DNA of 32,000 nt, taken from NCBI RefSeq assembly GCF_000179635.2, contig NC_014833.1, forward strand, positions 2,340,001 to 2,372,000. The letters are read 5' to 3'. Below are positions 18,402 to 26,750 of the stretch, one piece after another; position 1 is the first letter of the stretch; the number at the start of each line of letters is the position of its first letter. The notes under the pieces were generated by a model that ran no database searches, was not told where the DNA came from, and saw only the letters and a list, made by a program, of their open reading frames with translations. Both the position numbers and the translations under genes were made by a program. The stretch comes from Ruminococcus albus 7 = DSM 20455 (GTDB taxonomy: Bacteria > Bacillota > Clostridia > Oscillospirales > Ruminococcaceae).

Positions 18402-18776
18402 ATGAAACCAATCACATCAATGAATAAAATTAATGAGCTCACACCGACAGAACAACATCTTGCCGAAGACACATTTCTATTTTGTATGGCAAATAAGCAG
18501 GAGCATTATACTATCCCTTTTCTCGCAGCACGTGCAGGAGTATCACCTACAAAACTCAAAAAGGTTTATCATCAAGTTTACGGCACATCGATATTTACAC
18601 ATATACGTAAAGAAAAGATGCTTTGGGCTGCCAATAAGTTAGCCACATCTAACTTAAAAGTGATCGATATCGCTGAAACCTGCGGATATGATAATGCCAG
18701 TAAGTTTTCCGCAGCGTTTTGCAGTGTCATCGGATGTTTACCAACAGAGTACAGGAACCGTGTCCGTTTGGAGTAG
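18402..18776 (+). CDS. AraC-family HTH protein (DNA-binding domain only)
   Basis: 124 aa. IPFLAARAGVSPTKLKKVYHQVYG... and VIDIAETCGYDNASKFSAAFCSVIGCLPTEYR match the two HTH units of the AraC/XylS domain. No sensor domain. Confidence 0.8.
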   Translation: MKPITSMNKINELTPTEQHLAEDTFLFCMANKQEHYTIPFLAARAGVSPTKLKKVYHQVYGTSIFTHIRKEKMLWAANKLATSNLKVIDIAETCGYDNASKFSAAFCSVIGCLPTEYRNRVRLE

Positions 18777-18848
18777 AAAGCAGATAGGTCGTATGCTATA
18801 ATATACTAAATTAGAGCGTATGCTCACGAATAAAAAGAGGTGATCTGT

Positions 18849-19124
18849 ATGATTTGTTTGCCTTGGAAAAAGCTCGGTCTGTTTGCAGGCGGACTTCTGT
18901 TCGGTACAGCCGGCATAAAGATCCTTAGTAGTCAGGATGCGAAAAAATGTTACACAAATGTAACTGCCGCAGTACTCCGCGCTAAGGACTGTGTAATGGG
19001 CACCGTAACGAATGTACGGGAAAACTGCGATGATATTCTCAGCGATGCAAAAGAGATCAACGCTGAGCGTGCTGCTGCGGATGCAGAAGCAGTCATAGCT
19101 GACGAACAGAATCAAACCAAATAA
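18849..19124 (+). CDS. small protein with N-terminal hydrophobic helix (possibly DUF6110-like; family name from memory)
   Basis: WKKLGLFAGGLLFGTAGIKILSS helix followed by a charged helical tail. ATG 18849 follows GAGGTG; the track's GTG start is at 18840. I recall similar small ORFs preceding P-type ATPases in Clostridia, but this is unverified. Confidence 0.55.
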   Translation: MICLPWKKLGLFAGGLLFGTAGIKILSSQDAKKCYTNVTAAVLRAKDCVMGTVTNVRENCDDILSDAKEINAERAAADAEAVIADEQNQTK

Positions 19125-19176
19125 TCATCACAAGCAGACCGCTACCGGCGGTCTGCTTTACTATGGGGTGTATGAA

Positions 19177-21246
19177 ATGAAATGTAAAATACTTCACGAA
19201 TCAAAAGGACGTATCCGCGTGCATTTCTGTCAGAAATATATGACGCTGCATCAGGCAGATATCGCCGAATATACGCTGTCTTCGGTAAGCGGTATAACAA
19301 AAGTTCAGGTGTTTGACCGCACCTGTGATGTGATACTGTATTATAGCTGCGAACGCGAAACCGTACTGTCTGTGCTTGCTAATTTTAGCTACAGCGAAAC
19401 TAACGAAGCACTTGTTCCGCCTAAGACAGGAAGATCACTGAACCGAGAGTTTGAAGAAAAGCTGGGTTCTGCAGTCATGGGACGTTTGCTCCAGAAATTT
19501 CTTCTGCCGCCTCCTCTCCGAGGTGTGGTTTCTTTTGTCAAAGCGATAAAATACATCCGCCAAGGACTTCACTGCCTGATGAAAGGCAAACTTGAAGTTG
19601 AGACCCTGGATGCAATCGCGATAACTGTATCCATGCTTCGCGGAGATCATAATACTGCCGCAAGTGTAATGTTCCTTCTTAAGATCGGTGATATACTAGA
19701 TGAATGGACTCATAAAAAGTCTGTAGATGATCTTGCAAGAACAATGTCACTCGGTGTTGAGAAAGCCTGGATAAAAACAGAAGACGATCAGGAAGTTCTT
19801 GTACCTATATCACAGATCAGCAAGGGCGACATCGTGATAGTCCGCACAGGATCTATGATACCGCTTGACGGTACAGTTAAAGCCGGTGATGCGATGGTCA
19901 ATCAGGCTTCTATGACAGGTGAATCCGTACCTGTACACAAATCTGAAGGTGCCTATGTATACGCAGGGACTGTAGTTGAAGACGGCGAATGCTTGATACA
20001 GGTCGAAAACACCGCAGGAAGCGGACGTTATGACCGCATCGTGAAAATGATAGAAGAATCTGAACAAATGAAATCATCAGCAGAGAGCAAGGCAGCACAT
20101 CTAGCAGATAAACTCGTGCCGTGGTGTCTGGGCGGAACGCTCATGACATGGCTGCTCACACGAAGTGCCACAAAAGCAGTATCTATCCTTATGGTCGATT
20201 TTTCATGTGCATTGAAACTGGCTATGCCGATATCCGTACTATATGCTATGCGACAGTGTGCAAATGCAGGGATCACGGTCAAAGGCGGAAAATTCCTTGA
20301 AGCCGTTGCCGAAGCAGATACTATCGTATTTGATAAAACAGGAACGCTTACACATTCACAGCCGCGTGTTGCACAGATCATTACATTCGGCGGACGTGAT
20401 GAAGCAGAAATGCTAAGGCTAGCCGCGTGTTTAGAGGAGCACTATCCGCATTCCATCGCAAACGCCGTTGTTGCAGAAGCAGCTGAACGTGGTCTGCTGC
20501 ACGAAGAACGTCATTCAAAAGTAGAATATGTTGTCGCTCACGGAATTTCAAGCATGATCGACGGCGAGCGGGTAGTCATCGGAAGTCACCATTTTGTAGT
20601 CGAGGATGAAGCCTGCAAACTGCCTGATGAACGAATTTTCCGACATCTTCCAAAAGAATATTCCCATCTTTATCTTGCGATCGGAGGCGAGATCGCTGCT
20701 GTGATATGTATAGAAGATCCGATGCGTGATGAAGCCGGAACTGTTATTGATAAGCTTCATACGCTGGGCTTTTCCAAGATCGTTATGATGACAGGTGACA
20801 ACGAACGCACTGCAAGTTCCGTTGCAAATAAAGTAGGTGTTGATACCTATTATTCTGAGGTGCTTCCTGAGGACAAAGCAGCATTTATCCGCGCAGAGCA
20901 TGAAGCCGGCAGACGTGTCATCATGATCGGTGACGGCGTGAACGATTCACCGGCACTAAGTGAATCTGATGCAGGGATCGCTATCAGCAGCGGTGCAGCG
21001 ATAGCAAGAGAGATCGCAGATATTACTATCTCAGCGAATGATCTGTACACACTAATCACCCTCAAACAGCTCAGTGATGCACTTATGCGAAGGATACATC
21101 GTAACTACCGAACCATTATCGGTTTTAATACAGGACTTATCATTCTCGGCGCCGCAGGGATTCTTTCGCCTGCGACATCCGCTTTGCTTCATAATGCTTC
21201 GACATTGGCGATAGGACTTAAAAGTATGACCGACCTTCAGATATAA
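19177..21246 (+). CDS. heavy-metal-type (P1B) P-type ATPase with atypical SCA transmembrane motif
   Basis: DKTGTLT phosphorylation site (from 20332), MTGDN and GDGVNDSPAL hinge. S-C-A (20203-20211) sits where P1B pumps carry CPC/SPC. The N-terminal ferredoxin-like domain has no CxxC. ATG 19177 follows GGGGTG; the track's GTG start is at 19168. Confidence 0.88.
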   Translation: MKCKILHESKGRIRVHFCQKYMTLHQADIAEYTLSSVSGITKVQVFDRTCDVILYYSCERETVLSVLANFSYSETNEALVPPKTGRSLNREFEEKLGSAVMGRLLQKFLLPPPLRGVVSFVKAIKYIRQGLHCLMKGKLEVETLDAIAITVSMLRGDHNTAASVMFLLKIGDILDEWTHKKSVDDLARTMSLGVEKAWIKTEDDQEVLVPISQISKGDIVIVRTGSMIPLDGTVKAGDAMVNQASMTGESVPVHKSEGAYVYAGTVVEDGECLIQVENTAGSGRYDRIVKMIEESEQMKSSAESKAAHLADKLVPWCLGGTLMTWLLTRSATKAVSILMVDFSCALKLAMPISVLYAMRQCANAGITVKGGKFLEAVAEADTIVFDKTGTLTHSQPRVAQIITFGGRDEAEMLRLAACLEEHYPHSIANAVVAEAAERGLLHEERHSKVEYVVAHGISSMIDGERVVIGSHHFVVEDEACKLPDERIFRHLPKEYSHLYLAIGGEIAAVICIEDPMRDEAGTVIDKLHTLGFSKIVMMTGDNERTASSVANKVGVDTYYSEVLPEDKAAFIRAEHEAGRRVIMIGDGVNDSPALSESDAGIAISSGAAIAREIADITISANDLYTLITLKQLSDALMRRIHRNYRTIIGFNTGLIILGAAGILSPATSALLHNASTLAIGLKSMTDLQI

Positions 21247-21289
21247 AAAACTGACAGCACTTCTCAGTGAGGTGCTGTCAGTTTTTTTT
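21247..21289. terminator. bidirectional intrinsic terminator
   Basis: CTGACAGCAC (21251-21260) / GTGCTGTCAG (21272-21281), flanked by A6 and T8. Confidence 0.85.
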
Positions 21290-21323
21290 CATCTCATGCT
21301 GATAACCAATTTATTATTCACTA

Positions 21324-21833
21324 TCAGCGATACATCCTTATAAATATCCAAGACATCACAGCCGAAACTGCGACCTCTACGATAAGCCTGGGTATTTCTT
21401 TTCCGTCCCACTGCGGTTCAACGCTCCAAACTTCAGGCGTTCTGCCTGTTTTCTGCCTTATCAGTATCCCAAATATTTTAGTTCTTGTGAACATCCACCA
21501 ATCAAGAACGACCGCATCAAAAATAGAGATCATCCAGAAGAAGATAACAAAACGTATCGTCAATTGACGGAAATTCATACCTGAAATCACACCTTGTTTG
21601 CCTGCTGATATAATGGTAATACAATATAAAGCGCCGATAACCACAGATAATATTGCAAGCGAGACCTTTCCCTTAAAGTCGAATTTTCTGCTTATACCAT
21701 GTTCTTCAAGCAGCTTTTTTGCTTTAGGTGTCATACACCAATATGCAACCTGCGGTGCTGAAAATGCACCGATCAGGCAAAAAGCTGTTAGTAGTATGAC
21801 CCCGACAAGACCGTATAATAAACTTAAAACCAT
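21324..21833 (-). CDS. multi-pass membrane protein, unknown function
   Basis: 169 aa with four or five hydrophobic helices. The start overlaps the stop of the upstream methyltransferase fragment by 10 nt. Confidence 0.5.
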   Translation of the reverse strand: MVLSLLYGLVGVILLTAFCLIGAFSAPQVAYWCMTPKAKKLLEEHGISRKFDFKGKVSLAILSVVIGALYCITIISAGKQGVISGMNFRQLTIRFVIFFWMISIFDAVVLDWWMFTRTKIFGILIRQKTGRTPEVWSVEPQWDGKEIPRLIVEVAVSAVMSWIFIRMYR

Positions 21834-22189
21834 CCCTGATCACCTCTGTATAATATACTGTTATCATTAAACGGCAGATTTTCAGCACTGCCTTTGATTA
21901 TCCTGACTCGCTTGCCGCTTTCACCCCGATTGACTTTCCTTGCTTTTTTCACACTTTCATCTGATATATCAAGTCCGATAAAATTCGTATTTTCACTCTT
22001 TTCAAGCATACGCTTGATATTATATCCACCGCCGCAGCCTAAATCTGCGACTGTACCTTTGTTCGGTATCCTGATAAGTTCCAATGCCCATTTCGCCATA
22101 GGCAGATGCTCCTTATCCATACTAACAAGCATCATTCGTCCGAGTAATCCTTTCGGATTCCCGAAATTATCTGTAAAGCTCATGATCAT
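21824..22189 (-). CDS. class I SAM-dependent methyltransferase, apparently C-terminally truncated
   Basis: VADLGCGGGYN (motif I), GLDISDESV (motif II) and AENLPFNDNS (motif III). It ends about 10 residues later at 121 aa, whereas this fold normally needs roughly 180-200 aa or more. Confidence 0.6.
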   Translation of the reverse strand: MIMSFTDNFGNPKGLLGRMMLVSMDKEHLPMAKWALELIRIPNKGTVADLGCGGGYNIKRMLEKSENTNFIGLDISDESVKKARKVNRGESGKRVRIIKGSAENLPFNDNSILYRGDQGWF

Positions 22190-22464
22190 TCTCCTTTTAT
22201 AAAATATCTGTTCATCCGCGGCTTACAACCCGGAATAGAATATTGTAATGCCTGACAATGATGCATTCCTTTTGTCAGAAGTAAACCTACGATCAAATAC
22301 ATAGTTAGTCGTACCAAACTGCAAGATATATTATAGCATACAATAACCCGGATTTCAAGAGTTTATCAGAAAAAACAGTCTGATCATTAATTGAACTCCT
22401 TTATATTTTAAGTATGAAACAGAGCATCCAATGAATTACAGATCAGAAAGAATAACATAGTATT

Positions 22465-23151
22465 TCAGGAGCCCTGACGTTTTTTCATATTCTTCCAACT
22501 GAAAAAGCTGTATATATCGTTAACAAAAAATACTGCAAAACACACAACTACAGAGATATATCGAGAATCAGTCATACTTGCCATCGTCCAGAGGAACATA
22601 AGTATAATATCATTCGCGGAATATGCAATAGCATAAAAAGGACTTCGCCTGAATGTCAGATAGACTGCAAGAAAGGTCGTTGTGACCGATAGTGTACTTG
22701 GAATAATGTTGGCGGTATGAAATGCCTGCAATATGAAATAAAAAACTGTCGTTACGATCATTGCTAAACCGGACATAAAAGCTGTTTCCGTTTTACTTAT
22801 GCTGTTTACCCGAACTTCTGATCTGTTGCCGTTAAAAGGATTTCGCAGCCATGAGATCAGAGCAACGACAGCCATAGGCATTGTCATACCTAGATAAGTT
22901 ATCATTTCTCCGAAATATGAAAACCTATAGGAAATAATGCCATACAGAAAACTGAATATGATAACGAGCACCTGACCGATAGGATTTCCTTTAGCATTGA
23001 ATATCAAGTAAGTTACACCGATAAGCGAAGCACACAATGTAAGATAGCTGCTTCTGTCAAACAATATAAACGATGTTATTACCAGCAAAGCCGAAATGCT
23101 CCATATCATGATCTCGGTCCTTGAAAAATACCCTTTGATGTTTTTTAGCAT
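22465..23151 (-). CDS. pnuC: PnuC-family nicotinamide riboside (or related vitamin) transporter
   Basis: About 228 aa and 7-8 TM helices. Overall similarity to PnuC family (IFNAKGNPIGQ, ISWLRNP, FFSWKNM). ATG 23151 is 8 nt after GGAGG; the track start at 23190 lies inside the leader terminator. Confidence 0.7.
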   Translation of the reverse strand: MLKNIKGYFSRTEIMIWSISALLVITSFILFDRSSYLTLCASLIGVTYLIFNAKGNPIGQVLVIIFSFLYGIISYRFSYFGEMITYLGMTMPMAVVALISWLRNPFNGNRSEVRVNSISKTETAFMSGLAMIVTTVFYFILQAFHTANIIPSTLSVTTTFLAVYLTFRRSPFYAIAYSANDIILMFLWTMASMTDSRYISVVVCFAVFFVNDIYSFFSWKNMKKRQGS

Positions 23152-23262
23152 TATATATTCCTCCAAAAAATAAAGCATCTGCGCACACATCTTCTAAGAC
23201 CTAACAATGTGTGAACAAATGCTTTCAGCATTCCTACCCGGTGGCAGTTTTCATATTGCATT
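23152..23262 (-). promoter_or_regulatory. structured 5' leader with terminator and a competing hairpin (unclassified)
   Basis: Minus strand: hairpin AATGCT-GAA-AGCATT (plus 23218-23232) shares its 3' arm with a long terminator. The terminator is AAAGCATTTG...CAGATGCTTT (plus 23172-23225) enclosing CACACAT-N16-ATGTGTG, followed by ATTTTTT directly abutting the GGAGG RBS. Confidence 0.55.
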
Positions 23263-23263
23263 G

Positions 23264-23292
23264 ATTATAGCACAAAAAAATAAAAAAGTCAA
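23264..23292 (-). promoter_or_regulatory. sigma-A promoter for pnuC
   Basis: Minus strand: TTGACT (plus 23287-23292), 17-nt spacer, TG-extended TATAAT (plus 23264-23269). Confidence 0.65.
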
Positions 23293-23624
23293 TATTTAAA
23301 TGGAGATACCACCAACTATTCCCACAGGCCGTATAAAAGCCGATCAGAGCGTTGCGTAAGCCAGAGAGTCAACTATTATACTGAATCCGCACAATTCAAA
23401 TAATATGGTTAAAATATGATTAGTCCATGCCGATAAGCAGCCTAAGCAGAGTATTCTTTTAATTTGGTCCTTGCAATATCAAGAGAAGCTATGATATTAT
23501 AAATGGTTAAATAATATGCAAAAAAATTGACTTATGTTATATTATTGTATTTTTTACAATATACGCGCGCTAGTTTTGTGCATTTTCAACAATATAAAAT
23601 TTTCTTGTTTGTTGGAAATGAGAA

Positions 23625-23653
23625 TTGACATTACTTTCATATTATAATATAAT
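23625..23653 (+). promoter_or_regulatory. sigma-A promoter for the solute-binding protein gene
   Basis: TTGACA (23625-23630), 17-nt spacer, TATAAT (23648-23653). Confidence 0.6.
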
Positions 23654-23728
23654 TGATTAAAAGGAAAATATAAAGAATGGAATAGCTAGAAAATTCGGAG
23701 TATTATTCAAATGAAGGAGTTGTTTAAT

Positions 23729-25153
23729 ATGTTTAAAATCAAGAAAAAGTTAGCGTTAACTGTTGCAGTTTTATCATCTGTTTCAATATGTGCCTGCAGC
23801 AGCGATAATGGTTCAGATGAAAGCAAGTCAAGCGGTACTGTGACCACTGTTGAAAAAGTTGAGGTAGAAGATACAAAGGAAATCGATGAACTTTCAGATG
23901 ATACTCAGAAAGAGATCATATGGATGGGCACTTATGATCTGAACCCCAACGAGGAACGTGGTGAAGACAAATCTGTTGAAATGACCCTTTTCAACAACAA
24001 GGGCGGTACAGTAGTGTGGAGCCAGGTTACCGACAATGAAAAATTCGACAAGCTTGCAAGTGCTATACTGTCACAGCAGAACGTTCCTGATATATTCAAA
24101 TATGAGTGGATGGCTTTCCCTGCTCAGGTACTTAAAGATATGTACCAGCCTGTGGATGATATCGTTGACTTTGATGCCCCCCTGTGGGTCGATACCAAAG
24201 CAACTGCTGAGCAGTATGTTTTGAACGGTAAGCACTATGTGGCTCCTATAAGTACAACTGTCGGCACAATGATGATGTATGACAACGCTGTAATAGAAGC
24301 AAATGGTCTGCCTGATCCATATGAGGAATATCTCCAGGGAAACTGGAACTGGAATACATGGGAAGATATGATGTCAGAGTTCTGTAACGGAAGCACAGAG
24401 AGCGTTCAAAGATATGGTATAAACGGATGGTTCCAGCCTCAGATAATACAGCAGACAGGTAAAACAATGGTAAACTTTGAGGACGGAAAGTTCGTTTCTA
24501 ATATTAATGATCCGGATATCGAGAGGGCTGAAAATCTGCTTTACGATATCAACAAAAAAGGCTATGTAAACAAAAACTGGCTTGGCAACGCTAGATCTGC
24601 ACTGAAAGACGGAAGCGTACTGTTCTACTGCATGGGTACATGGGCTATGACAGGAGAAAACGGTCCTGAGGAAGGTGACGACTGGAACATTGTTCCTGTA
24701 CCAAGTGATCCTCAGAATGATGAAAAGGTAATGACAGCTGATATGACCGCTTATATGTGGGTCAAAGGCTCAACTGCCAATGAAGCAGTAAAGACATGGT
24801 TTGAATGCTGCAGGATCGCAAATACTGATGAAGAATATCTCGAAAACGGTAAACAGAAGTTCCTGAACGCAAATCCATACTGGACGGAAGAAATGTACCA
24901 GACATATATGGATGCTTCCAGCCCCAAAAACAAATTCATGTTTGATTATGGCTATGGTATATCATCTCTGCTTTCAGATGACAATGCCAATGCTGACGGC
25001 AGCTGTATTACCAGAAAGCTGTATGAATCCACCAACAGCGAAGATGAAAACGGCGTACAGTTCAGCTGGACAAAGTTGCGCGATACTTACTCAGCAACTG
25101 TTGATTCCGAACTCAAGACTATCAATGAAGCACTCGCTTCTTACACCAAATAA
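23729..25153 (+). CDS. ABC-transporter extracellular solute-binding lipoprotein (sugar type)
   Basis: Lipoprotein signal MFKIKKKLALTVAVLSSVSICAC and a Ser/Asp/Glu-rich linker. Size (about 470 aa) and Trp-rich composition fit family-1 carbohydrate SBPs. ATG 23729 follows AAGGAG; the track start is 23711. Confidence 0.65.
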   Translation: MFKIKKKLALTVAVLSSVSICACSSDNGSDESKSSGTVTTVEKVEVEDTKEIDELSDDTQKEIIWMGTYDLNPNEERGEDKSVEMTLFNNKGGTVVWSQVTDNEKFDKLASAILSQQNVPDIFKYEWMAFPAQVLKDMYQPVDDIVDFDAPLWVDTKATAEQYVLNGKHYVAPISTTVGTMMMYDNAVIEANGLPDPYEEYLQGNWNWNTWEDMMSEFCNGSTESVQRYGINGWFQPQIIQQTGKTMVNFEDGKFVSNINDPDIERAENLLYDINKKGYVNKNWLGNARSALKDGSVLFYCMGTWAMTGENGPEEGDDWNIVPVPSDPQNDEKVMTADMTAYMWVKGSTANEAVKTWFECCRIANTDEEYLENGKQKFLNANPYWTEEMYQTYMDASSPKNKFMFDYGYGISSLLSDDNANADGSCITRKLYESTNSEDENGVQFSWTKLRDTYSATVDSELKTINEALASYTK

Positions 25154-25164
25154 TACCTCTATCA

Positions 25165-25198
25165 GAAAAAAGCGCCGCACATATGCAGCGCTTTTTTA
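25165..25198. terminator. bidirectional intrinsic terminator
   Basis: AGCGCCGCA-CATA-TGCAGCGCT stem (one mismatch), flanked by A6 and T6, between convergent genes. Confidence 0.75.
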
Positions 25199-25200
25199 TA

Positions 25201-26511
25201 TTATCTTTCCATTTTCCAGACTTCAACCGAGTACGGTTTAAGCTCACTGCCGCCGCCGAAATCATGTACAGTTCCGGTCAAAAGCTCATCAGCCTGTCCG
25301 CATCTTGCATCGAAATGAGCAGTAAACGGCTGGTCATCGGCATTTATCGCAACAAGGATACGTTCACCCTCGAACTCACGTTCAATTATGCACTGCTTGT
25401 TTGTCAGTACAGGAATATTGATACTGCCATAGCTCAGGCATTTGTACTCGGTACGGATATGCGCCAGCTTAGAAATAAGGTCGGTAAGATCGTTCCATTC
25501 GGGCTTATCGAATGATACTCTGAGAGCGGGATCTCCGTCCTTCTTTTCAGCCTTAGTTCCCCATTCAGATCCGTAATATACACAAGGTATACCTGGCATA
25601 CCGAAAAGCAGACCATAAATGAGCGGAAGATGCTTTTCATTTGTAAGAATGCTTGCTACGCGGGTCACGTCATGATTATCTACGAAAGACAGCAGATGCT
25701 TTCCGCGATACCTGCACCAGCCCTCACTGCCAAACTGGTTTTTCAGCGAATGGCATATCTCAAACATATTCATGCTGTTGAAGCTGGAATACAGACCCTT
25801 ATAGCACTCATAGTTAGTACAGCTGTGAAGCATCTCATCGTTTACCCAGCGTGCATAGTCACCGTGAAGCAGCTCACCTATGAGAACAAAATCTTCCTTT
25901 ACCCAGTTTGCGTGCTGACGAAGTCTTTTAAGAAAATCAAAATCAAGACAGTATGCAACATCAAGACGAAGTCCGTCTATATCAAATTCTTTCACCCACT
26001 GAGTGATACACTCCAGTATATGATCAACTACTGCAGGATTTCTGAGATTAAGCTTTACAAGGTCAAAATGACCCTCCCAGCCTTCATACCACAGACCATC
26101 GTTATAATTGGAATTTCCGCCAAGATCGATATGGAACCAATCTTTATAAGGAGAATTCTCACGATTTTTTAGAACGTCCTGAAAAGCCCAGAAGCCTCTG
26201 CCAACATGGTTGAATACACCGTCGATAACCACTTTTACTCCTGCTTCATGGAGTTCCTTTACCACCTTGGCAAAATCTTCATTAGTACCAAGGCGAGGAT
26301 CTATCTTGCGATAATCTCGGGTATTGTAACCATGTGTGTCTGAATCGAACACGGGTGAAAAATAGATAGCGTTCGCACCAAGCTTACTGATGTGAGGTAT
26401 CCAATCAATTACCTTTAATATTCGGCTTTCCTCAACACCGTCATTCTCAAACGGTGCACCACAAAAACCAAGCGGATAGATCTGATAAAAAACACTTTCA
26501 TAAGCCCACAT
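25201..26511 (-). CDS. cytoplasmic GH13 alpha-amylase-family glycosidase
   Basis: 436 aa, no signal peptide. GH13 regions VVIDGVFNHVG, GLRLDVAY (nucleophile), IGELLH (acid/base) and FVDNHDV. Confidence 0.85.
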   Translation of the reverse strand: MWAYESVFYQIYPLGFCGAPFENDGVEESRILKVIDWIPHISKLGANAIYFSPVFDSDTHGYNTRDYRKIDPRLGTNEDFAKVVKELHEAGVKVVIDGVFNHVGRGFWAFQDVLKNRENSPYKDWFHIDLGGNSNYNDGLWYEGWEGHFDLVKLNLRNPAVVDHILECITQWVKEFDIDGLRLDVAYCLDFDFLKRLRQHANWVKEDFVLIGELLHGDYARWVNDEMLHSCTNYECYKGLYSSFNSMNMFEICHSLKNQFGSEGWCRYRGKHLLSFVDNHDVTRVASILTNEKHLPLIYGLLFGMPGIPCVYYGSEWGTKAEKKDGDPALRVSFDKPEWNDLTDLISKLAHIRTEYKCLSYGSINIPVLTNKQCIIEREFEGERILVAINADDQPFTAHFDARCGQADELLTGTVHDFGGGSELKPYSVEVWKMER

Positions 26512-26695
26512 GATGATTTAACTCTCCTTTTTATATGGTTTGTCTTATTCGACTGTATTTATTATACCACGCTTTTGTGAAAATTGCTATACTCATTTTC
26601 TATACAATATTTTCAACATAATTGTAGATTATGTACAGTTTGCTGGTTAATATTGCCTGATATTGTTCACATTTTGCAATAATCAAATATTTGCC

Positions 26696-26732
26696 CAAAC
26701 AAAACGCTTCTGTCGTTATAAGACAGAAGCGC
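26696..26732 (-). terminator. intrinsic terminator for the Cys-rich protein gene
   Basis: GCTTCTGTC (26706-26714) / GACAGAAGC (26722-26730). On the minus strand it is followed by GTTTTGTTTG. Confidence 0.75.
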
Positions 26733-26750
26733 TGCAAAGCCAATAGATCA

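Noticed and set aside
22190-22320. 38-codon minus-strand ORF (MYLIVGLLLTKGMHHCQ...) whose stop overlaps the methyltransferase start
   Set aside because: No Shine-Dalgarno sequence and no conservation evidence is available. Most likely a chance ORF in a 5' UTR.
23152-23190. Longer pnuC ORF starting at 23190 (MCAQMLYFLEEYI...)
   Set aside because: The extension is encoded by the terminator stem and U-tract and contains the GGAGG RBS of the downstream ATG 23151.
26512-26700. Possible CcpA cre site upstream of the GH13 gene (TGTGAAAATTGCTATA and TGTGAACAATATCA)
   Set aside because: Both lack the central CG and the terminal symmetry of the cre consensus TGWAANCGNTNWCA.
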